From Candidatus Aminicenantes bacterium (GTDB lineage Bacteria; Acidobacteriota; Aminicenantia; Aminicenantales; Saccharicenantaceae), in the NCBI GenBank assembly GCA_037441785.1, contig JBBIRN010000001.1, forward strand, positions 1 through 36,865: a DNA stretch of 36,865 bases, in the 5' to 3' direction. Of the stretch, positions 9,256 to 16,695 are shown in pieces. The notes under the pieces were generated by a model, which worked only from the letters and a program-made list of their open reading frames with translations, was not told where the DNA came from and did not search any database. Position 1 is the first letter of the stretch; every line of letters begins with the position of its first letter. The position numbers and the translations under genes were made by a program.

Positions 9256-9311
9256 GGGTTTATTTTAAAAGAAAGAGCTGAGAATGAAAGGATGGCTTTT
9301 CGCTTTTTAGT

Positions 9312-9327
9312 GAGTGAGCCTTCACTC
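9312..9327. promoter_or_regulatory. Second inverted repeat GAGTGA-N4-TCACTC sharing the AGTGA half-site, candidate operator
   Basis: Located between the tetR-like stop and the MMPL start. Its half-site is related to the palindrome at 8621-8634. Confidence 0.4.
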
Positions 9328-9371
9328 TTGAGCACCTGGAAGATAAAGGCTGAATAAGGGAGGAGGCGAAC

Positions 9372-12242
9372 ATGGAGAAAATCTGGGCCCGTGGCCTCAA
9401 GTTCAGCTGGCTGATTATTTTCCTTATCCTCGCCCTAACCGTCTTTTTTGCCTTACATTTCAAATACATCCAGTTCCAGAATAAATTTACTTCCTGGTTA
9501 CCCCAGGAGGACCCAGTGGTCAAGCTGCTCCTGGATACTGGAGAAAAGTTTGGTTCTAACGAGCTGGTGCTGGTAACCATTAAGGCCCGGACTGGAGAAA
9601 CGTTCCGTCCGGAAATTCTTCAGGCCTTGAAAAAGGCTACCGAAGAACTCAAGCAGCAGAAGGAAGTTTTTTATGTCACCTCTCTGATTACTGCCCCGCA
9701 CGTAGAAAGAGCCGGAGATGAGGTAGTGGTTAAAGATTTTCTTGATGAAATTCCCGTGTCTCAGGACGAACTAAACCAAAAATTAAAAGAAGCCCTCCTC
9801 AAAGAAAATTATGTTCACACGTATTTGTCACCGGATGGTCAGTGGCTGGGCGCAGCTGTTTATCTCCGGAGTGGGGTGGACAGTGCCGCGGCTTTTGAAC
9901 AGGTGGTTAAGCGAATTATGGAGAAGCATCTTGGAGAAAAAGCCGAGCTCCATTATTCAGGGGAGCCCTGTTTTACTTATTATGCTGACTTCTACCTGAA
10001 AAAAGATTTGCGGGTGTTAATCCCCATCATCATCCTGACGGTTCTGTTAATTCTTTATTTAAGCTTCAGAACACTGCGCGCGGTTTTCCTGCCTTCTCTG
10101 GTGGTTTGGCTGTCCACAGCCTGGGTGTTCGGGCTGATGGGCCTTTTCCGTGTACCCATGAACCTGATGACTCCAGCCCTGCCGGTTCTGCTTATCGGGT
10201 TAGGCTCAGCTTACGGCCTGCATCTGGTAAATGCTCTGGAACAGAATAAGCACGAAGGCCTGAGCCGGTCTGAGTGGGTGGCTCAAAGTTCCAGCCGGGT
10301 GGCTTTGCCTATTTTTATGGCCGCGGCTACCACCGCGGTGGGCTTTGCCTCTTTTCTTACCGCCAAGTTGGGACTGGTTTATAATTTCGGCATTTTTGCT
10401 GCGGTCGGTATTATGCTGGCCATGGTTATTGCCTATGCTCTTATTCCCTCGGTCTTCTATCTTCTTCCTGAAAGACCGGCCAAAAACAGAGAAAGAACCA
10501 TTTCTCTGGTAAACCCCCAGTTTTTTCGCTGGCAGGCCGCCAAGGTCATCAAATACCATAGAGTCATCATCGTGGCCACGCTGGTAGTGTTAATTTTCTT
10601 TGTTATCTGGATTCCTCGGATAAAAAGGGAAGTGAATTTCACCAGCTACTTCCCCGCGGATAGTGAGCCACGTCAGGCAGACCGGATTGTTCGCAGCCAT
10701 TTTGATGGGGCTTCTCCGCTCAGCCTTTATTTTAAGACGGCCAACTTGAAATCAGCCTCCGCTCTGAGAGTTCTTAGAAGGGCAGAAAATTTCCTGTTTT
10801 CCCTGCCTGATTGCGGCTTGCCGCTCTCCGTGGCTGACCTGGTGGAAGAACTCAACGAGAAAATGAACGGTCGTTACAGCCTGCCCGAAACTGACGGCCA
10901 GGTAGCCAACCTGTGGTTTTTCCTTGAAGGGCGGGATGAGCTTCGCCAGTTAATAAGCGATGATTTTACTGAAGGCTTGGTCTTTTCCCGCACTTCAGCC
11001 ACCAGAACAGAAAAACACTGGGCCCTGAGGCGGGCCATCAGTAATTTTTTGAGCCAGGAAATGCAGCAAAAATTTAAAGCCGTATCCCTGGATGGTCTTT
11101 CTCCCGAAGTGGCCGCGGAGCTGAGAAAAAAAGAAGCTTACTACCTTCTGGAGGAGCTTGAATGGCTGCTCAGCCGCTACGCTCCCGGGCAGCAAATGCC
11201 GCGGGCTGAAGTTCAGAAGCGGCTAGAAAACATTCTGGATAGCTGGCCAGCAGTTTCGGACCAAGAAGTTGTAACAGAATGGCGTTCAGAACTGGAAAAG
11301 TATATACGGCCAGAGTCCTTTGATTTTGCCCTCAGCGAAAGCGACGCCAGAAAACTAATTGCTCAATTGACAGATGCTCTGGCCAGGAACCATTCTACCA
11401 GGGAAGATTTTCAGATAGTCCTGAAGAGCGTGGTGGCAAAAAATCAGTACGACGAGGAGACCGCCGGAAGAGTTGTTTCCACCCTTGAGTTGAGGCTTAA
11501 GGAAGCCAGAGAAAAAGTTGCTCTGGAAAGAGAAAAACAAGCCCTCTGGCCTTTGATTCCAGAGCCAGCGCGGCAGAATTCTAATTTCCTCAGGCGGTTT
11601 GAAGGGCTGCTGCTGGAAATAAACGACGAGCTGGTAGTGCTGCCAGAAAAGAATCTTGGCCCGGTGGAGCAGACCGCAGCCGGTAAGGTCAGGGAAGTTA
11701 CTTTTGACCGCATTGATCAGAGCGGCTTGCCTCCAGCTTTAACTCAGCTTGACCACTACCTTTTTGTCTCTCAGCTTCAGTCTTTTGCTCTGGCGCTGCT
11801 GCTGACTTTTATCATCATGCTGCTCATCAGACGTTCCTTGAAGCTGGGGCTTACTTCCGTAACTCCGATTGTTTTCACCCTGGGTGTGGTTTATGGATTT
11901 TTTGGCCTGGCCGGGGTGGAGCTTGATTACGTAACCATGATGGTGGCTTCAGTGTCTATCGGCGTGGGTATTGACTACTCCATTCATTTTGTCCATGGAG
12001 TGATGATGGGCTTGAAGCAGGGCAAGAGTATGGAAGAAGCCATAACCCTAGCTTTCCAGGAAAAGGGCGCGGCCATCATGGCCAATTCTCTTGCGGTGAT
12101 GCTGGGGTTTGCCGTGCTGCTGCTGGCTTCTATGAGTCCGTTGCGCACTTTCGGTGGAATAATGGTTGGTTCAATGTTCCTAGCTGCTCTGTCGGCTCTG
12201 ACTATTTTGCCCGCTTTGTTGTTGCGGGTGAAGGTTAAATAA
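9372..12242 (+). CDS. MMPL / RND-superfamily exporter (HpnN/MmpL-like) with an enlarged second extracytoplasmic domain
   Basis: GGAGGAGG RBS. Two 6-TM bundles carry the conserved blocks GLGSAYGLHL and GVGIDYSIHF. About 340 charged, helical residues lie between the bundles. Confidence 0.85.
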   Translation: MEKIWARGLKFSWLIIFLILALTVFFALHFKYIQFQNKFTSWLPQEDPVVKLLLDTGEKFGSNELVLVTIKARTGETFRPEILQALKKATEELKQQKEVFYVTSLITAPHVERAGDEVVVKDFLDEIPVSQDELNQKLKEALLKENYVHTYLSPDGQWLGAAVYLRSGVDSAAAFEQVVKRIMEKHLGEKAELHYSGEPCFTYYADFYLKKDLRVLIPIIILTVLLILYLSFRTLRAVFLPSLVVWLSTAWVFGLMGLFRVPMNLMTPALPVLLIGLGSAYGLHLVNALEQNKHEGLSRSEWVAQSSSRVALPIFMAAATTAVGFASFLTAKLGLVYNFGIFAAVGIMLAMVIAYALIPSVFYLLPERPAKNRERTISLVNPQFFRWQAAKVIKYHRVIIVATLVVLIFFVIWIPRIKREVNFTSYFPADSEPRQADRIVRSHFDGASPLSLYFKTANLKSASALRVLRRAENFLFSLPDCGLPLSVADLVEELNEKMNGRYSLPETDGQVANLWFFLEGRDELRQLISDDFTEGLVFSRTSATRTEKHWALRRAISNFLSQEMQQKFKAVSLDGLSPEVAAELRKKEAYYLLEELEWLLSRYAPGQQMPRAEVQKRLENILDSWPAVSDQEVVTEWRSELEKYIRPESFDFALSESDARKLIAQLTDALARNHSTREDFQIVLKSVVAKNQYDEETAGRVVSTLELRLKEAREKVALEREKQALWPLIPEPARQNSNFLRRFEGLLLEINDELVVLPEKNLGPVEQTAAGKVREVTFDRIDQSGLPPALTQLDHYLFVSQLQSFALALLLTFIIMLLIRRSLKLGLTSVTPIVFTLGVVYGFFGLAGVELDYVTMMVASVSIGVGIDYSIHFVHGVMMGLKQGKSMEEAITLAFQEKGAAIMANSLAVMLGFAVLLLASMSPLRTFGGIMVGSMFLAALSALTILPALLLRVKVK

Positions 12243-12312
12243 CGCAGGAGAAAATAAAATAATTCATTCCTGAGATGGGTTTAAATTAAAGATGAGAAAA
12301 GAGGAGGTAATC

Positions 12313-13134
12313 ATGAGAGGAAAAGAAGGAATCAGAAAAAGAAACAACCATCGTTCCTGTGCCATGATGTTTGGACTTCTTATGTTATCGGTCATTCTGA
12401 ATTTGAGCTCCAGGACCAACCTCCTGGCTCAGGACCGGGGGCAGGAGATACTCAAGAAAGTTGAAGCTCGAACCATCGGTGAGCTTGCTCCCTCGGACAT
12501 CCAGGCCCGGGTGGTTATGATTATCAGGTCGCCGAAGGGAGAAGAAAAAAGGCGGGAGCTCATGGTCTGGACCAAAAACAACCCCACCGGCGATGACTGG
12601 CGGTTGATGAAGTTTGTCTCTCCCGCGGATATCAAGGACCTGGGACTGCTGGTCCTGGCTGATGACCAGATGTACCTTTATCTCCCAGAATTCCAGCGCG
12701 TCCGGCGCCTGGCTTCCCACAATAAAAAGGAAAGTTTTGTCGGTTCGGATTTTTCTTATGATGACCTGGGTACCTCTGGTTTTTCTGCCTTTTTTGTGCC
12801 CCAATTCAAGCAGGAAACTGAAAAAACCTGGGTACTGGAGTTAAAGCGGAAGCCGGAAGCTAAAAAACAGTATGCCAGAATTATCATGACCGTGGACCGA
12901 GAAACAGAGTTGCCGGTGCGGCTGGAGCTTTTTGATGATACCGGCTAACTTTTCAAAGTGGAAACTCAGGAAAATAGCCGGGTGGGCAAATACTGGATAC
13001 CGACCAAGTTCATAATGGAAAACGTGAAGGCCGGAAGCCGCACGACCATGGAGTTGACGGAAGTGAAGGTTGACCAGAACCTGAGCCCGGAAATTTTCAC
13101 GGAGCGGAACCTGAAAAGAAGCCTGGTCAAGTAA
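12313..13134 (+). pseudogene. LolA-like outer-membrane lipoprotein-sorting protein (LolA_like/DUF4367 type) interrupted by an in-frame TAA at 12946-12948
   Basis: GAGGAGG RBS before ATG 12313 (the ORF track starts at 12292). After ...LELFDDTG-TAA the same frame continues LFKVETQENSRVGKYWIPTKFIMENVKAGSRTTMELTEVKVDQNLSPEIFTERNLKR to TAA 13132-13134. That is the canonical C-terminal block (YWIPTK...FTERNL) of this family. Confidence 0.7.
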
Positions 13135-13258
13135 GAAAGTAAGAAAAAAGAAGGAAGAAGTAAGAAGAAAAGAGAAGAAGGTAAACGACCTTAACCAGGG
13201 AACAGCCAAAATGACGGCCAAAAATTTTTACTAATAAGCAGTGGAAAGGAGGAGGGAA

Positions 13259-14791
13259 ATGAAAAGACAGACGCTTGTTTCTTTGATAAAAAATATGGGC
13301 AGAGAGAAAATTTCGGCCCGACCTGTCAGACAGCCAGCTGGGAAGCGGCTAATTCCTACAATAATAGTAGGAATTGGGCTACTTCTGTTTTCTGGCTCCA
13401 GCGCCTGGGCCCAGGTGAAGTATGATTTTTCCGGTATGGTCAAGTTATTCCTCTCCTGCTATGTCAGCCAGAATCAGGCTGGCCCATACTTCTTCCACGA
13501 AAGCGGCGATTTTGCTTTCAAGCGTCTGGAAGGCCGCTTCCGGCTGAAAGCCGCTGTGTCTGATAATGTCTCGGCGGAAGTGAGACTTGACGCTTTTTCC
13601 CGGCCGGATGCGCTTTTCTCCAACCGGAGTTTTCCAGAAGCTGGCCTGCTGGCCGGGCCGGGGCAGAGCGAGCCTTTTGAACTTTCGCTCTACGAGGCTT
13701 TTATCCGAGTTAACCACTTTCTGCTGAAAAACCTGGACCTGGTGGTCGGCAATCAGAGAATTCAATGGGGCACGGCTGATAAGTTGAACGTCATTGACAA
13801 CTTAAACCCGATAGACTTTGCCAATTACCTGACCTTTGACCCGGATTATTACCTTGAACGCCGGCCGCAGACGGCTCTGAACCTGGAATATTACCCCTTT
13901 AAAGACAGCAAACTTCAGCTGGTCTGGTTGCTCAGCAGACAGTATTCACCTCTGCCGGCGGGCTTTTCGGAAATGCTAAAAACCAACCTGGCCGCTCTGC
14001 CTGAACCTCAGGTCAACCTGGAAACCGAAACTTCCAGCTTGAAGCACACCAATTTTGGGCTGCGCTTTTCTACCGTGCTGTTCAATGTTGATGTTGGCTT
14101 AAGCTATTACCGGGGGAATTACAGCCTTCCCTACATTCAGGGAGTTGAAATAAGCCCGCCCTACCAGCCAGGGCCAACGCAGGTTTATTTCCGTTATCCC
14201 GAGAAACAGGTTTTGGGCCTGGACCTGGCTGGAGAAATAAAATCAGTGGGTTTCTGGGCCGAGCTGAGCCGCACCAGACCGGACAAAAAACTGGCCTGGC
14301 TGGATTCCTTTATCTTTGTTGGCCCACAAGTTTTGCCCGTTAACGTTGAATTTCCCCTGATGGATAGCTATTACTGGCAGTGGGTGGTTGGTGCAGATTA
14401 CACTTTTTCTGTGGCTGATGGCCTTTATGTTAATGCTCAGTATCTGCACGGGTTGTTTGATGAGGTGGCCTTCAGTCCTCTGGCCAGAAATTATTTTGGA
14501 CTGCGCCAGGGCATGTGGTTCGGGCAACTTCAGGATTACCTGGCCGGACGGGCGGAGTTGAGACTGCTGAAAAGCGACCTTAAGCTGAGTCTTAATTCCA
14601 TGGTGTCATTTAACTCTAACGAGACCACCAAAGCCTCGGCCATTCTTTACCCGAGCGTAGAATACAAGATTCACGACGCCTTTTATCTTCAGGCCGGCGG
14701 CATCCTGGCTTTCGGCGATAAAGACAGGTCAAAGTTTGGCAGCTTCAGCCGCGACCGGATAGTCTACTTGATGACCAAAGTCTCCTTTTAA
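13259..14791 (+). CDS. Putative outer-membrane beta-barrel protein of the MMPL/LolA-like module, function unknown
   Basis: GGAGGAGGG RBS before ATG 13259 (ORF track starts at GTG 13241). Signal peptide ...GIGLLLFSGSSAWAQ. The sequence is aromatic-rich with an alternating pattern. The C-terminus YLMTKVSF ends in Phe, as in an OMP beta-signal. Confidence 0.6.
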   Translation: MKRQTLVSLIKNMGREKISARPVRQPAGKRLIPTIIVGIGLLLFSGSSAWAQVKYDFSGMVKLFLSCYVSQNQAGPYFFHESGDFAFKRLEGRFRLKAAVSDNVSAEVRLDAFSRPDALFSNRSFPEAGLLAGPGQSEPFELSLYEAFIRVNHFLLKNLDLVVGNQRIQWGTADKLNVIDNLNPIDFANYLTFDPDYYLERRPQTALNLEYYPFKDSKLQLVWLLSRQYSPLPAGFSEMLKTNLAALPEPQVNLETETSSLKHTNFGLRFSTVLFNVDVGLSYYRGNYSLPYIQGVEISPPYQPGPTQVYFRYPEKQVLGLDLAGEIKSVGFWAELSRTRPDKKLAWLDSFIFVGPQVLPVNVEFPLMDSYYWQWVVGADYTFSVADGLYVNAQYLHGLFDEVAFSPLARNYFGLRQGMWFGQLQDYLAGRAELRLLKSDLKLSLNSMVSFNSNETTKASAILYPSVEYKIHDAFYLQAGGILAFGDKDRSKFGSFSRDRIVYLMTKVSF

Positions 14792-15396
14792 AAAATGGGG
14801 ACACCTTCTATATTTCCATTTTTTCTGTGACCCAGCTGGTAGAAAATGGGGACAGGGAAAATGGCGACAGAAAAGGGGACACAGAAAATGGGGATAGAAA
14901 ATGGGGACTTAATCTATATTTCCGATTTTCTTTGGCTTCCGCGGTGGGAAATAACTCACCCCGGGGAAATTAGAGACTCTCTAAATTTGTAGGGAAACTG
15001 GGCACGGTCGGGGAATAGGCAGGCCATAAAAGTGGCCATGCTTTAAAAGTTGTTATTTTCTACCACGACCATTTCCCCTTATTCACCAGTTTTCTTGTTC
15101 CATTATTTTAATAACGCAAATGTAAACAAAATTGTTGGACACGATAAGTTCCTCTCTGTTTTTGCCGCGGTAGATGGATGAAACATAAATTGATTTTCCT
15201 GCGGTTTTGACCTTGTTTAAGGTTCAGGTAGGTTCGGTGGGTGCCTTTCGGGTTAGTCCATCAGGTTATTCCCGAGCAGGTAAGTCATTTGCTCTTCACC
15301 CGTCTTTAAAGCCAGAAATTGGGGTTTAAGTATTATGTCCCCCATTTCCCTAATGTCTCCCGTTTCCCTAATGTCCCCCCGTTTCTCCCGTTTTCC
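14792..15396 (+). repeat. GGGGAC-arm repeat element, copy 1 (605 bp, non-coding)
   Basis: Left arm has 6 GAAAATGGGGAC-type units (14791-14908). The spacer follows, then the 299-bp core at 15036-15334. Right arm has 3-4 inverted units (15337-15396, 18-nt period). It aligns end to end with 22226-22771 and 26771-27292. Confidence 0.9.
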
Positions 15397-15441
15397 TGAT
15401 TGAAGGAAGCAGGAGAAAAATATAAACTTAGATTATAAAAA

Positions 15442-16695
15442 ATGCGTAGAAGAGAAGTCTGGGTCTTTTTTTTGCTGCCATATTTTCTGGTCCTGGGCCT
15501 CTTTACCCTTATGTCCCACCTTAACCGGCAGGCCATCCAGCATGGCGTGGAAAGCCTGGCCAAAGAACAGCTTCAGGCCACGGCTGCAATTTTAAAAGCT
15601 AATATCAAAGAATACATAGAAGCCAAAGGTTCACCTGAAGGTGCGCTGGATAAATTCACTCAACTGGAAGAGGTCTACTTTATGGCCCTGCTGGATGAAA
15701 ATGAGGAGATTATTGACTGGCACTCTCGCTTTGAGGGTTATCTGCCTTTTTCCAGGCGCAACCGCCCGGCCTCAGAATTCTGGGTGACTGATTCTCCGGT
15801 GGGTTCCGTTTTCAACCATTATTCTTCTTTTAAGACCAAGGACGGCCAGGTTTACCGTCTTTATTTAGGCTACTCACTTCACGGGCTGGACCAGCTCCTG
15901 GCTCGCTCGCAAAAGAATTTCTACCTGATCCTGACCATAATGGCCCTGGCCGGTTTGATAATTTTTGCCGGCATTTACCGGTTACACCAGAGTTTTCAGC
16001 GAGCCACAGAGGAAGCCATAAGGCAGGCGGAAGAAAAGGAAAGGTTTAAGGAAATTTCCGGCTTCACGGCTGGCGTGGCGCACGAAATCAAGAACCCGCT
16101 CAACAGCCTGGTGCTGCTCTTTGAACTGCTGGAGAAAAAGGCTCCGCCGGAATTTTCCAGACTGGTCAGCCAGGGAAAAGCTGAAGCCCATAAGGCGGCG
16201 GCGGTGGTGGACCGTTTTTCTGAAATTATCAAACCCCTTAACCTGAAAAAAGAGCGGATAATCCTGAACGAAGTCCTGCAGGAAGAGATCAGCAGCCTGC
16301 GGGGAATGGCCGAAGCCCGTCAGGTGGAAATTGAGCTCAGAGCACCAAAAAAAATTAGCCTGGAGGCTGACCGTCTGTTGCTCGGTCGGGCGGTGCACAA
16401 CCTGATTAAAAATGCCCTGGAAGTATCTTCGCCGGGCCAGAAAGTACTGGTCCAGGCCGAACTGGTAAAGAAAATGGCCGTCTGCTCGGTGATTGACCAG
16501 GGACCGGGCCTGGCACAGGAAGGGGCTGAAAAAATTTTTGAGCCGTTCGTCACCAGCAAGGAAAGTGGCCTGGGTGTGGGCCTGTACCTAGTCCGGAAAA
16601 TTGTAGAAGCCCATGGCGGAAGAGTCTATTTCAGAAAAGGATCCGAGGGCGGTTCCATCTTTACCATGGAAATTCCTGGAGGTCAGGATGTCTGA
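15442..16695 (+). CDS. Sensor histidine kinase (HisKA + HATPase_c), membrane-anchored
   Basis: Two TM segments are present. H-box GVAHEIKNPLNSL, N-box HNLIKNALE, and G-boxes DQGPGL and GLGVGL. Confidence 0.85.
   Translation: MRRREVWVFFLLPYFLVLGLFTLMSHLNRQAIQHGVESLAKEQLQATAAILKANIKEYIEAKGSPEGALDKFTQLEEVYFMALLDENEEIIDWHSRFEGYLPFSRRNRPASEFWVTDSPVGSVFNHYSSFKTKDGQVYRLYLGYSLHGLDQLLARSQKNFYLILTIMALAGLIIFAGIYRLHQSFQRATEEAIRQAEEKERFKEISGFTAGVAHEIKNPLNSLVLLFELLEKKAPPEFSRLVSQGKAEAHKAAAVVDRFSEIIKPLNLKKERIILNEVLQEEISSLRGMAEARQVEIELRAPKKISLEADRLLLGRAVHNLIKNALEVSSPGQKVLVQAELVKKMAVCSVIDQGPGLAQEGAEKIFEPFVTSKESGLGVGLYLVRKIVEAHGGRVYFRKGSEGGSIFTMEIPGGQDV

Noticed and set aside
14791-14826. Unit A considered as an intrinsic terminator
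   Set aside because: The possible stem (AAAAAUGGGGA/UUUCCAUUUUU) is almost entirely A-U and G-U, and it consumes the U-tract. It is far weaker than the bona fide terminator at 32488-32518.
14842-14908. Tandem GAAAATGGGGAC units considered as a CRISPR array
   Set aside because: The units are only 13-15 nt long and directly abutting, with no spacers. The same unit recurs inverted on the other side of the element, and no cas genes are present.
15103-15186. 27-codon minus-strand ORF (MFHPSTAAKTERNLSCPTILFTFALLK) conserved in all three cores, considered as a type I toxin-like peptide
   Set aside because: Its conservation is explained by the near-identity of the DNA. The hydrophobic stretch is too short for a TM helix, and the AGGA is poorly spaced (about 10 nt). 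There is no independent support.
15036-15334. Repeat core considered as an ORF-less group II intron or a hammerhead ribozyme
   Set aside because: There is no GUGYG-type 5' end and no 34-nt domain-V-like hairpin. The minus-strand CUGAUGG...GAAA only resembles the hammerhead core (an essential A is replaced by G) and lacks a proper stem II.
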